DNA of 64,000 nt from Christensenellaceae bacterium (GCA_031260975.1 JAISKJ010000003.1:65480-129479), one strand, 5' to 3'. Counted from the stretch's first letter, positions 48,053 through 57,851 are shown. The notes: generated by a model not told the origin, from the sequence alone. Numbers and translations are program-made.

Positions 48053-50329
48053 ATGGTAGAAGCTTTTAATAACAAGATATTTAAAACCGTGCTTAAATTT
48101 TTGGGGTGGCTTTTGGTGTTTTGGCTGCTGGGGTGCGCCGAAATAAGCGGACTGTATCCTTTTTGGCTGGGGCTCTATATTGCAGTAGCAGTTCTTAGGC
48201 GTGATATGCTGTTTATAACCATACCTTTTATGCTGGGCGGAGTGCTTAGCAATATCTCGGTTGAAACAGCGATTATTTATTGCGCAGCAGCAATAATCGG
48301 AATTTTGATATCTATAATTCACAAAAGTCACAAAAAGCGTGTGGCGTGGCTGCTGCCCCTATATTGTGCTCTGGCGAGTATACCGTTTTTATATTTTGGG
48401 TTGGGTAGTGACTTGATATACAGCATAATTTCAACAGCATTTAATATGATATTTGCACTATCATCCTTTCATTTTATAAGAGCTTTAAATAAACGCAGAA
48501 ACTTACGTCTTAGCACTGACGAAGGCATTTGCGGAAGTATAATTTTGATGGGCCTTTTTTGCGGCCTTAGCGGGTTTATTATCGGAGATTTCAACCTACC
48601 TTTACTTGTGGCCGCAAGCGTGATACTTCTGGTTACTTATACTTGCCCCACCGGATATGCTGCTATGCTGTCGCTGAGCATAGGGCTTGGGCTTGCGTTT
48701 GGGTCGGGGGAACATGCATATATATCACTGATTTGCAGTATGGGGCTGCTTAGTACAATCTTTAAAACACGCATAAGGCTTTATTCAAGTATAGTCGTAA
48801 CTTTAATTACCGTGCTGATGGGGCTGTATTTTGGAGCGTTCTCAAATTTTGGTATTCTTGATATTGTAGCTGTGATGGTCCCATGCTCGCTCATTTTGAT
48901 TGTGCCTGAAAAATGGCTGCAGCATTTGAGTGTGTTTACTAAAAATGAGGGTAAAAACTATATCACTCAAAATATCGTTTCAGACAACAAAGTTGCAGTG
49001 AGCAAAACTTTGAAGCAGACTGCTGATGTGTTTTATGAAATGGACAGGGTTTTTAGGAGCCTTGTCAAAGGCAATCTGCCGGCTCAGGATGCTAAAAAAA
49101 TGCTTACATGCGAGCTTATTCAGGGTGTGTGCGACAATTGTCCCGAAAAATCCAGGTGCCTGCGACAGATGAACGGCGAATTTAACGACGTGTTTATAAG
49201 CCTTATTAACACCGGCTTTGAAAAGGGTAAGATAACTTTGTTGGATATACCTCAAACTCTCACCACCAAGTGCGTTAAGGTCAATACGCTTGTGAGTGCA
49301 GTAAACGGACTGCTTAACAGTTATAAAGAGTATAGCAGCACCATAACAAATCTTGACAGCAGCAGAGTTTTGATTGCTGAACAGCTTCTGGGAGTTAGCA
49401 GGGTTTTGAATAATCTTTCTGACGAAGTTGGCAGCAGGTTTGAATTTGACTACGATTTGGCGCAGAAAATAAAGGATGAACTTGAATATCTGGGAATTAC
49501 GCTTAATGAAGTGTTTGTCTATAAGAAAGGCGAAAAGCTTGGTATAAATATAGCCATTAAAAATACTGACGCTGAAAACAGTGAAATCCTAAAAACTGTT
49601 AATAAAATATGTAGGGCCAGCTTTATGCTGACAGATATCAGACCCACTGAAGTCAGCGGACTTAGCACTATGATTTTTGAGGTGGCTCCAAGATATCAGG
49701 TGGCCTTTGGGCTTGCTCAGGCGTTTAAAAATAACGATGCTGTGGGCGGGGATACACATTCGGTGACGAATATAAACAATCAAAAATTTTTGCTGGCTGT
49801 TTGTGACGGCATGGGAGCAGGGGAGGAGGCACAGAAAGTAAGCAGCCTCGCTATCGGGCTTATTGAAAATTTTTATAAAGCGGGTTTTGACAACGATACG
49901 GTGCTCAGTAGTGTCAATAGACTGCTTAATCTCGGCAGAAGTGATGTGTTTTCGGCACTTGATGTTTGTGTGATAGACCAAAGCCTTGGCCTGGTGGATT
50001 TTGTAAAGCTTGGAGCCTCGGCCGGATTTATTAAGCATGGCAATATGACTGACATAATAGAAAGCGGGGCACTTCCTCTTGGGATTTTAGAGGACATTAA
50101 ACCCAGAATAAGCCGCACCGGAGTTGAAGTAAATGATATGATAGTTTTGACAAGTGACGGAATTTCGGACGCTTTTGAGACCACTGAAAATTTGCAGCAG
50201 TATATAAATAATTTGAGTACCAAAAATCCGCAGGAAATGGCAGCAGAAATTTTGGATAGAGCTAAAGAGCTTAATCACGACATTCCAAAAGACGACATGA
50301 CTGTGCTGGTCTGCCGTATAACGGCCTGA
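48053..50329 (+). CDS. spoIIE: stage II sporulation protein E (membrane PP2C phosphatase)
   Basis: About 10 N-terminal TM helices. C-terminal PP2C domain has GGDTHSV...LAVCDGMGAGEEA...LTSDG...DDMTV. Confidence 0.88.
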   Translation: MVEAFNNKIFKTVLKFLGWLLVFWLLGCAEISGLYPFWLGLYIAVAVLRRDMLFITIPFMLGGVLSNISVETAIIYCAAAIIGILISIIHKSHKKRVAWLLPLYCALASIPFLYFGLGSDLIYSIISTAFNMIFALSSFHFIRALNKRRNLRLSTDEGICGSIILMGLFCGLSGFIIGDFNLPLLVAASVILLVTYTCPTGYAAMLSLSIGLGLAFGSGEHAYISLICSMGLLSTIFKTRIRLYSSIVVTLITVLMGLYFGAFSNFGILDIVAVMVPCSLILIVPEKWLQHLSVFTKNEGKNYITQNIVSDNKVAVSKTLKQTADVFYEMDRVFRSLVKGNLPAQDAKKMLTCELIQGVCDNCPEKSRCLRQMNGEFNDVFISLINTGFEKGKITLLDIPQTLTTKCVKVNTLVSAVNGLLNSYKEYSSTITNLDSSRVLIAEQLLGVSRVLNNLSDEVGSRFEFDYDLAQKIKDELEYLGITLNEVFVYKKGEKLGINIAIKNTDAENSEILKTVNKICRASFMLTDIRPTEVSGLSTMIFEVAPRYQVAFGLAQAFKNNDAVGGDTHSVTNINNQKFLLAVCDGMGAGEEAQKVSSLAIGLIENFYKAGFDNDTVLSSVNRLLNLGRSDVFSALDVCVIDQSLGLVDFVKLGASAGFIKHGNMTDIIESGALPLGILEDIKPRISRTGVEVNDMIVLTSDGISDAFETTENLQQYINNLSTKNPQEMAAEILDRAKELNHDIPKDDMTVLVCRITA

Positions 50330-50379
50330 AAAAATTTAATATTTGTTATTATTAGTCCATTTCTGGGCATAATCTGAAT

Positions 50380-52143
50380 ATGAAAAGGTTTAAATTTACT
50401 CCTCTGGGTTTTGGAATTGTAAACGGTGCATGTGTAGTGCTGAACGGACTCGGAGCATACGCGGTTTTCAACAACCTTGAAACTAAAGTATATTCGGTAA
50501 AGGTCTCCCGGTTTATGGGAGGCATAAAGCATGTTCCGATTATCCGTGGCATTATTTTGTTTTTTTATTATATATGGCTGTGGTTTAGGCTGCTGGACAT
50601 ATCATATACTCATTTTGATGTAAGTGCTGCGCGAAAGAGTGCCAAAAACCGGAAGTTTCTTGAAAAGCGCAGCCGCACTTTTTATATAATCTGTACCTGC
50701 CTTATTTTGGGGGTGTTTATAGTTTTCCCTATGCTGTTCAATCTTTTGTTGTCTCTAGCTGGAGTAAATGATACCCAGACGCTCACTATAGTCAGTGTGT
50801 TTTTTAAGATAGCGTGCTTATTTATGCTGTTTGTTTTGTTAAAGAATATATCTGTCAGCAAAACATTGTTTAAGTATAATTATGCCGTAAACAAGGTGTG
50901 CAATGCTTATTCTTACGGCAATTCACTTAAGTATTCAAAGGTTTTGTATGCAAGCCCCTATATGGCCCTATCTCCCTTCAACTTTTTTATATTGAGCCTC
51001 ATATTGATTTATTCGTTGATTCCCGTTCTCACATTTCTGGGCACGGGTCTTTTGGGGGTTGTTTTTAATATAATCGCCAGCATATTGATTATTTGTCTTG
51101 CCTATGAAGTGCTTTTTGTTATAGAATATACAAAAGGCCGCTTTGTGCCGATGAGATATTTTAGCTACCTGTTTGTGTGGCTGAGTTGGTTTAGCATATC
51201 CAAGTGCGAAAGCAAGCACCTTAGGATTGCCGAAGCCGCTATGGAGGAAGTTGTGGAACTTAATTTTGACAAGATAAATGGGCTTAATGCAGAAGACTTT
51301 GCAAAAGATGACATAAAGTTTAGTTTGGTCTATAACGAGGTTAAGACTGAGCTTTTGAACGCGGGCATTGATGATACGTCAGAAACTGATCTCTTGATTG
51401 CTCAGGCTCTAAACCTTAAGCGCAGTGATATATTATTTTTAAGAAAGTTGAGGCCCACGGATTATAATAAAATAAGGGAGCTTTTAAAAAGGCGCCTTAC
51501 ACGTACTCCTCTTGACAAAATTTTGAAGCGTAAAGAATTTTTTAGGGAAGAGTTTTATGTTGATGATTTTGTTTTATCTCCCCGGCCCGAAACCGAAATT
51601 CTGGCTGAAAGAGTGGTAAACTATGTCAATAAGAAAAAAGAAAAATTTAATGTGCTTGACATGTGCACAGGCAGCGGATGTATTGCTGTTGCGGTTGCTA
51701 AAAACACGAGTGCATCTGTTGTAGGGGTAGATTTCAGCAAGCGCGCACTTGCTGTTGCACGCAGAAACGCCATAAACCTTGGGGCGAATGTAAATTTTGT
51801 TTTGAGTGATATGTTCAAAGACTTGAAAGAGACCAAAAGATTTGATATAATAGTGTCGAATCCACCATATGTAGCAACGGGGGAAATTAAAAACCTTGAC
51901 AAGGAAGTTAGGGAGCATGACCCGATTATGGCGCTTGACGGAGGAGCCGATGGGCTTAAGTTTTATAGGATACTCGCAGCGGAGGCCCCAAAGTTTTTAA
52001 AGGAATACGGTAAGCTATTTTTGGAAATAGGAATTGGGCAGGCGGAAGAGATTGTGAAACTTCTGACACAAAACTTTAAGGATATAAAAGTCACTAATGA
52101 TTATTCAAATATTCCGCGTATAATCGAGGCAACCAGAAAGTAA
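50380..52143 (+). CDS. prmC: fusion of a DUF1385-like membrane domain with release-factor glutamine methyltransferase PrmC
   Basis: The C-terminal half has LDMCTGSGCIAV and IVSNPPYV. The N-terminal half is multi-TM with YNYAVNKVCNAY where DUF1385 (YqhQ) has YHGAEHKVINCY. Confidence 0.8.
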   Translation: MKRFKFTPLGFGIVNGACVVLNGLGAYAVFNNLETKVYSVKVSRFMGGIKHVPIIRGIILFFYYIWLWFRLLDISYTHFDVSAARKSAKNRKFLEKRSRTFYIICTCLILGVFIVFPMLFNLLLSLAGVNDTQTLTIVSVFFKIACLFMLFVLLKNISVSKTLFKYNYAVNKVCNAYSYGNSLKYSKVLYASPYMALSPFNFFILSLILIYSLIPVLTFLGTGLLGVVFNIIASILIICLAYEVLFVIEYTKGRFVPMRYFSYLFVWLSWFSISKCESKHLRIAEAAMEEVVELNFDKINGLNAEDFAKDDIKFSLVYNEVKTELLNAGIDDTSETDLLIAQALNLKRSDILFLRKLRPTDYNKIRELLKRRLTRTPLDKILKRKEFFREEFYVDDFVLSPRPETEILAERVVNYVNKKKEKFNVLDMCTGSGCIAVAVAKNTSASVVGVDFSKRALAVARRNAINLGANVNFVLSDMFKDLKETKRFDIIVSNPPYVATGEIKNLDKEVREHDPIMALDGGADGLKFYRILAAEAPKFLKEYGKLFLEIGIGQAEEIVKLLTQNFKDIKVTNDYSNIPRIIEATRK

Positions 52144-52215
52144 TGTAAGGCGACGCAGTGAATAACTTTCATTAGGGGCTTTAGAAGGGGAACTGAGCAG
52201 TTAAGCGAGTTTCCC

Positions 52216-52263
52216 ATCACTGGGGTTAGGACAAATACGTGGTTTGCAGGATTGTTCAGTGAT
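52216..52263 (+). repeat. 48-nt block, copy A (prfA 5' region)
   Basis: 37/48 ungapped identity to 57804-57851, with a 26-nt core at 23/26. Closed by ATCACTG/CAGTGAT. Confidence 0.85.
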
Positions 52264-52314
52264 GTATTGCAATGCTTCCATGAGAGAAAAAAGATTTGAA
52301 ATGAAGGATAAAAG

Positions 52315-53388
52315 ATGTTAGATAAACTAAAGGGGATTTTTGATAAGTATAATGAGCTCGGGGGCCTTATTGGCGATCCGGGTATTATTGCCGACCAAAA
52401 AATCTGGCAGAAAATGGTAAAAGAACACAGTGAGCTTGAAGAAGCTGCTGAGTGTTATAAGAAGCTGAAACAGTGTTTCTTTGACATAGAAGCCGCCGAA
52501 GAATTGCTTAAAACAGGGCCCGATAAAGATACTACGGAACTATTGAAAACCGAGATAAGTGATGCCAAAGTCAAAATAGAGGTCTTAGAAGAGCAGGCCA
52601 AGATAATTTTGCTGCCAAAAGACATAAATGACGACAAAAATGTTATCATAGAAATCAGGGCCGGAGCGGGTGGAGATGAGGCCGGACTTTTTGGGCATGG
52701 GCTTATGAGAATGTATACTATGTATGCCGAGCGTCACAAATATAAGGTGGAAATTTTGAACCTTAACGAAAGTGAGCTTGGCGGCATAAAAGAAGCGGTC
52801 ATTGGCATTGCGGGCAGCGGGGCATATTCAAACCTGAAATATGAAAGCGGTGTTCACCGTGTTCAGCGCGTGCCAGAGACTGAATCACAGGGCAGGGTAC
52901 ATACCTCAACTGTAACAGTAGCTGTTCTGCCTGAGCTTGAAGAGGTGGAGTTTGAAATTCTGGATAAGGACCTTAAAATTGATACTTATCGCAGCGGAGG
53001 TGCCGGCGGGCAGAATGTGAATAAAACAGAAACGGCAATACGCATAACGCATTTGCCAACAGGTCTGGTTGTGGCCTGCCAAGATGAGCGCAGCCAGCTT
53101 AAAAACAGAGACCGAGCTATGACAATTTTAAAGAGCAAGCTTTATGAGTTTTATCAGGGTCAGAAAGATAAGGAGTATGCCAACACCCGGAAAATGCAGG
53201 TGGGCACGGGGGATCGAAGCGAACGTATACGTACATATAACTTTCCGCAGGGGCGCATAACTGATCACAGGATAAATTATACGGCTTATAATCTTACTGA
53301 CTTTATGAATGGGTTCATTGAAGAGCTTATATCTCAGCTTCATATGGCTGACCAAAAAGCCAAGCTTGAAAATTTGAATATTGACTGA
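52315..53388 (+). CDS. prfA: peptide chain release factor 1
   Basis: PET-type tripeptide region RVPETESQGRVHTS and the GGQ motif SGGAGGQNVNK. Confidence 0.96.
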   Translation: MLDKLKGIFDKYNELGGLIGDPGIIADQKIWQKMVKEHSELEEAAECYKKLKQCFFDIEAAEELLKTGPDKDTTELLKTEISDAKVKIEVLEEQAKIILLPKDINDDKNVIIEIRAGAGGDEAGLFGHGLMRMYTMYAERHKYKVEILNLNESELGGIKEAVIGIAGSGAYSNLKYESGVHRVQRVPETESQGRVHTSTVTVAVLPELEEVEFEILDKDLKIDTYRSGGAGGQNVNKTETAIRITHLPTGLVVACQDERSQLKNRDRAMTILKSKLYEFYQGQKDKEYANTRKMQVGTGDRSERIRTYNFPQGRITDHRINYTAYNLTDFMNGFIEELISQLHMADQKAKLENLNID

Positions 53389-53768
53389 AACTATAAAGAG
53401 AGCTATATATTAACACATTGTAATGGAGGTTTCTGAAATGAAAGACTTTGTTGAAGCTGAGCTGTTAAAAATATAATTTGTAAATTAAAACCGCCTTTGG
53501 TGGTTTTCTTTATTGTATTTTTTAGCATATTATGTTATAATTTAACGTATTAAGTCAGTGTCATGCTTGAATGAACAAAGACTAACAGAGTTAAGCTTTT
53601 AACATAACTTCAGTTATTTTATAATTTAGCTGGAGTAAACCAATTACATAAATAAAGTCTAGCGAACGCAGATTTCAACACAACTGTGCCGGTATTCAGA
53701 TTTTACTATAGTTGTGAAAAAAATGTGTTATAATAATGCTGAATGAGACTATAAAAGGAGGTAATACT

Positions 53769-55193
53769 GTGGCAGAAGAAAAAAAAGAGAAAGACACTAT
53801 TGAGCAGCTGAGAGCTTCCGACCGTGAGCTTTTAGAAAAGCTTATGGGATTGCCTGAGGATGAAAAGCCTGCTGAGCCGCCCGAAGAAAAAGAAATAAAA
53901 GATATGGACGTCATAGAAGTTTGCCGCCCGGGTCAGAGAATTGAGGTTATCAACAGCAGCAGGCTGGGCATATATGATCGGGAAGGAAAATATATTATAG
54001 AGTCTGAGATTTTAAATGAGCTGCGCTCCCTTCCTAAAGTTGTCACTGAAAAAGTGGTGGATCACGAAAATCAAAGTGACGTCTATATGCTAAAAACAAA
54101 TATACCCGATATTTTAAGCTTGGAATTTAAGCTTGTGGTTAATATCAATGGGGCAAGGCTTTATCTGGTTGAAAAGGTATATAAAGAGGGCGGCTCATAT
54201 CTTGAGGTTTATGAAGAAAAAATAGACAGCATAAATTTTATAAAGGTTACACCTACGCACAACGAAATGCTGCTAAGGTTTAATATTTTAGAAAATGAAA
54301 AGCCTGATGACGATGACGCCGGTCAGCGGTTTGAAAACGGCGAATTTGATGCTATTGCCTCCAGAAAGCTTTATCTTAAGATGCTTGCAAAAAATATGCG
54401 CGATGAAGCGTTATTCCTTGAAAAGAAAGCCTTTGATGAGATAATGGAATATCTAAAGTCTCAGGGCGGGTATGGAAAGAGAGTGCTCAGTGCTTTTATA
54501 AAAAGACTTGAAGAAAGAAAGGGTGTTTTTGAAAAGCTTTCGGGAAAGGAACGTTATAAGGTATTAAATGATATACTATTTGCAGCGATGAATAATATTA
54601 CCGCAAAAGAAGATTTGGCGGACCCGCAGGTGCGAAAGGTTTTTAATAATATAATCAACATAAGAACCGACACTCTGGATTGGGCTTATCAGAATGCAAG
54701 ACGGAAGGTGACACCCGCCGAAATAAAAACGCGGTTGGAGATTCTGAAAAGCGGCAAAGAAGCGGCACTTAAAAAGATGGCTCCGAGCACATTGAAGCCA
54801 ATGCTTAAGATTAAAAGAGAAAAAGAGAAGGAAAAAGCAGCAGGAGCTGCATCAGACAAACAAAAACCCAAGCCAAAACCTGTTAAAAAGCCTGCAAAGG
54901 CACCAAGCAAAGGAGGGCAGTTTAAGGCCGGTGGTGCAAAAAAAGCTGGCGGCGGCGGAGGTGGGGGGGGAGTAAAAAAACCTGCTCCAAAGAAGAAGGA
55001 TGAGGGTAATCCTTATGCCGACATATTTATGTATCAAATGATGCGAAGGCGTATGCAAGAAACGCAGCAGCCTCAGGTTACAGAACCTCCTAAAGTAGTA
55101 ATTGAGCTACCGCAGAAACCGGTGTTGAAATTAAAAGGTGGAGGAAAGATGGAGCCTACTGCTCCCGTTTCCATTCCAACACAAATAAAATGA
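53769..55193 (+). CDS. hypothetical protein with a Lys/Pro/Gly-rich low-complexity C-terminal region
   Basis: SD AAGGAGG precedes the GTG at 53769. An extended -10 (TGtTATAAT, 53726-53734) makes the ATG at 53736 unlikely. No family recognised. Confidence 0.6.
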   Translation: MAEEKKEKDTIEQLRASDRELLEKLMGLPEDEKPAEPPEEKEIKDMDVIEVCRPGQRIEVINSSRLGIYDREGKYIIESEILNELRSLPKVVTEKVVDHENQSDVYMLKTNIPDILSLEFKLVVNINGARLYLVEKVYKEGGSYLEVYEEKIDSINFIKVTPTHNEMLLRFNILENEKPDDDDAGQRFENGEFDAIASRKLYLKMLAKNMRDEALFLEKKAFDEIMEYLKSQGGYGKRVLSAFIKRLEERKGVFEKLSGKERYKVLNDILFAAMNNITAKEDLADPQVRKVFNNIINIRTDTLDWAYQNARRKVTPAEIKTRLEILKSGKEAALKKMAPSTLKPMLKIKREKEKEKAAGAASDKQKPKPKPVKKPAKAPSKGGQFKAGGAKKAGGGGGGGGVKKPAPKKKDEGNPYADIFMYQMMRRRMQETQQPQVTEPPKVVIELPQKPVLKLKGGGKMEPTAPVSIPTQIK

Positions 55194-55256
55194 CTATTGA
55201 CAGATTGACATTACTTTGATAAAATAATAATGATTTCAGGGAGGGGGGCTTTTAAT

Positions 55257-55778
55257 ATGGTTAACAGAGCAGGTAATTTTAGAATATTTGATACTTATTA
55301 TGATTTTAGCTACCCGATTTCTGGTCGTGAGCGGGATTTTAGGCTGTATGGAGATAATCGCGGAAACTTTTATATGGTTCCGTTTGGCAGCAATTGTTCG
55401 CCTGTAGATATTCTTTTGGCTGGGGTTTGCAAAGGGCAGCTGGAGGCAAATATGATTAGCAGAAAGCTTTCAGACATAGGGTTGGACGAAAAAAACTTTG
55501 GACGTGCGGTGCAGGAAAAAATTCTCAGAGAATATCCGGAATTATTGCGGGCATGGACACAAGAGTATAATAAGCAGTTTGGGCAAAAAGAGAGTTTGAC
55601 CAATATACAAGGTAAGGTTGTGACTTGTGAGGGAGTTAATAGTGTTAATCGTGCAGAAATGACAGATTATCTGATTGAAAATAGGAGAATGATTCCTGCT
55701 ATAAGAAAATCAGCAGATGTTTCCGGTCAAGTCAGTCAGTTTAATCAGGTTGGTCAAGTAAGCAAGTTATATCCATAG
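55257..55778 (+). CDS. hypothetical protein
   Basis: SD GGGAGGGG precedes the ATG at 55257, and a terminator follows. No motif recognised. Confidence 0.55.
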   Translation: MVNRAGNFRIFDTYYDFSYPISGRERDFRLYGDNRGNFYMVPFGSNCSPVDILLAGVCKGQLEANMISRKLSDIGLDEKNFGRAVQEKILREYPELLRAWTQEYNKQFGQKESLTNIQGKVVTCEGVNSVNRAEMTDYLIENRRMIPAIRKSADVSGQVSQFNQVGQVSKLYP

Positions 55779-55800
55779 AAAGGCAGCGATGCCTTTTTTA
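55779..55800 (+). terminator. intrinsic terminator
   Basis: AGGCA-GCGA-TGCCTTTTTT. Confidence 0.75.
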
Positions 55801-55890
55801 CACGCCGATTTAGACTAATCATAAGGGACTTCTTTAATGTTTTGTTTGTCAGAAATAGTCTGAAAACTTTGGTAAAATTACAAAAAGTAA

Positions 55891-55919
55891 TTGACAATAT
55901 ATATTTGGTGTGTTACAAT
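55891..55919 (+). promoter_or_regulatory. sigma-A promoter of rpmG-secE-nusG
   Basis: TTGACA (55891-55896), 17-nt spacer, TGt-TACAAT (55914-55919). Confidence 0.65.
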
Positions 55920-56020
55920 GTTTCAACACTCGCATCGGGGGTGTTAATTTTTTGGTATTTTAAAAACTAAAAAATGAGAAACTCCGAGAGTGCAAATTTT
56001 TAAAAGAAAGGTTTAAGGTT

Positions 56021-56170
56021 ATGAGGACGCAAATAACGCTTGAGTGCACAGTTTGCAAACAACGCAACTATGACACTGACAAAAACAAAAAGACCAACCC
56101 GGACAGAATGGAGATGAGCAAGTATTGCAGATTCTGCAAGAAACACACTGCACACAAGGAAACCAAGTAA
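56021..56170 (+). CDS. rpmG: 50S ribosomal protein L33 (not in the ORF track, 49 aa)
   Basis: Hand translation: [49 protein letters not shown]. Confidence 0.93.
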   Translation: MRTQITLECTVCKQRNYDTDKNKKTNPDRMEMSKYCRFCKKHTAHKETK

Positions 56171-56188
56171 TAACCGGAGGGGTTAATT

Positions 56189-56659
56189 ATGTCTAAAAAG
56201 AAGAAGGGTAAGGGTAAAACCAGACTGCCTCAAGGGGTTGCGGCTGCGCCCGAGGCTGAAGTAGAGGAGATTGAAACCGAAGAGACCGAAGTTGAAGCTG
56301 AGACAATTGAAGTTGAAGAAGAGGTCAGCAATGTAAACGAAGGCGTGGTTTTAACAAAATCCGAACTCCGTGCCCAAAACAAGGAAGCCAAGCTTGCCGC
56401 GAAAGCCGCGGCTGAAGCGGAGCGTGAAAAACAGTTAAAAAAGCAAAGCAAGCCTAAACGAGAGCGCAAATCACTTGTAAAAAGACTTAAGGAAACAGGT
56501 AGCGAAGTTAGAAAAGTTACATGGCCAAAGTTTTCAACGGTAGTAAAAAGCACAGGTGTGGTTATTGCGGTGGTGCTGTTTTTTACGGTGGTTCTTTTTG
56601 GTTTTGACTCGCTCCTGGGCTGGCTATATAATTTATTTATAGGTGCAATAGGGGGGTAA
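56189..56659 (+). CDS. secE: preprotein translocase subunit SecE with a charged N-terminal extension of about 95 aa
   Basis: C-terminal 60 aa: ETGSEVRKVTWPKFSTVVKSTGVVIAVVLFFTVVLFGFD. The N-terminus is an E/K/A-rich low-complexity segment. Confidence 0.85.
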   Translation: MSKKKKGKGKTRLPQGVAAAPEAEVEEIETEETEVEAETIEVEEEVSNVNEGVVLTKSELRAQNKEAKLAAKAAAEAEREKQLKKQSKPKRERKSLVKRLKETGSEVRKVTWPKFSTVVKSTGVVIAVVLFFTVVLFGFDSLLGWLYNLFIGAIGG

Positions 56660-56660
56660 T

Positions 56661-57185
56661 ATGGGCGTAAGAGAAGATGCAAAGTGGTATGTTTTGCACA
56701 CGTTTTCAGGGTATGAAAATGTTGCAAAGACAAACCTTGAAATGGTTATAAAAAAGTATAACATGACCGAGCGCATATTTGATATTATCATACCTATGGA
56801 AGAAACCATTGAAGAGCGCAACGGAAAAAAGAAGCTTGTTCAGCGAAAGGTTATGCCATGTTATCTTATAGTTAAGATGATATATGGCGATGACATTTGG
56901 CACAACATAACAAGAACCCGTGGAATAACAGGCTTTGTAGGACCCAAGGGGCGCCCGCTGGCTTTGACCGAGGACGAGATAAGAAAGCTCAGACTTGAAA
57001 AGATAACCGTTGACATAGACATCAAACCTAACGACAAAATCGAGGTTATAGACGGACCGCTTAACACCTTTGTGGGAACTGTAATATCAGTTGACCTTGA
57101 AGGCAAAAGATGTAAGGCAAACGTTGAAATGTTTGGCAGAGAAACTCCGGTTGATTTGGAGTTCAGTCAAATTAGAAAGATTTAG
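56661..57185 (+). CDS. nusG: transcription termination/antitermination factor NusG
   Basis: WYVLHTFSGYENVAK; KOW domain at the C-terminus. Confidence 0.95.
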   Translation: MGVREDAKWYVLHTFSGYENVAKTNLEMVIKKYNMTERIFDIIIPMEETIEERNGKKKLVQRKVMPCYLIVKMIYGDDIWHNITRTRGITGFVGPKGRPLALTEDEIRKLRLEKITVDIDIKPNDKIEVIDGPLNTFVGTVISVDLEGKRCKANVEMFGRETPVDLEFSQIRKI

Positions 57186-57310
57186 ATGAGTATAAAGGAA
57201 AAACATAGAAATATAGGACTATCTTTTAAAAAATAGGCGATTATTTAATAAAGTGGGAGAAATGTAAATTTTTATGCATTTTGCTAAAACCACAAAGGAG
57301 GAAAAATATT

Positions 57311-57748
57311 ATGGCAGAAAAAGCAGCAAAACCGGAAAAGACAATTGTAAAACTGCAGTTGCCGGCAGGAAAGGCGACCGCGGGTCCGCCCGTAGGTTCA
57401 ACCCTTGGGCCGCACGGAATAAACCTTCCGAGTTTCGTCAAGGAGTTTAACGAAAAAACCGCTGACAAGGCAGGTTTGGTTATCCCTGTTGTTGTAACTA
57501 TTAACGCTGACCGCAGCTTTAGTTTTATTATGAAAACCCCGCCCGCCGCAGTGCTTATCAAAAAAGCTCTGGGGATTGAAAAGGGTTCGGCTAAGCCCGG
57601 AAAAAACAAAATTGCAACCATAACCCGCGCTCAGGCAGAAGAGATTGCAAAAACCAAGATGCCGGATCTTACTGCAGCCAGTCTTGAGGCAGCTGTAAAC
57701 GAAATCGTTGGCGCAGCCAAGAGTATGGGTATCGGATTAGTTGACTAA
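57311..57748 (+). CDS. rplK: 50S ribosomal protein L11
   Basis: [22 protein letters not shown]...F.KEFN; start moved to 57311 after AAAGGAGG. Confidence 0.96.
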   Translation: MAEKAAKPEKTIVKLQLPAGKATAGPPVGSTLGPHGINLPSFVKEFNEKTADKAGLVIPVVVTINADRSFSFIMKTPPAAVLIKKALGIEKGSAKPGKNKIATITRAQAEEIAKTKMPDLTAASLEAAVNEIVGAAKSMGIGLVD

Positions 57749-57803
57749 AAGTGTCATTTTACCAAACTTTGGCATAAAAGGCCGGTTGTACGGGAAGTAT
57801 CAC

Positions 57804-57851
57804 TTCACTAGGGCTTCGACCACTGCGTGGTCTGCAGAATTGTTCGGTGAT
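57804..57851 (+). repeat. 48-nt block, copy B (rplK-rplA spacer)
   Basis: See copy A. Flanking TATCAC (57798-57803) and GTGATA (57847-57852) can pair. Confidence 0.85.

Noticed and set aside
53438-53476. 12-codon ORF (MKDFVEAELLKI) with a GGAGG SD just after prfA. It shares the MKDF start with the small ORF at 45224.
   Set aside because: It is too short to support from sequence alone, and the shared four residues are likely coincidence.
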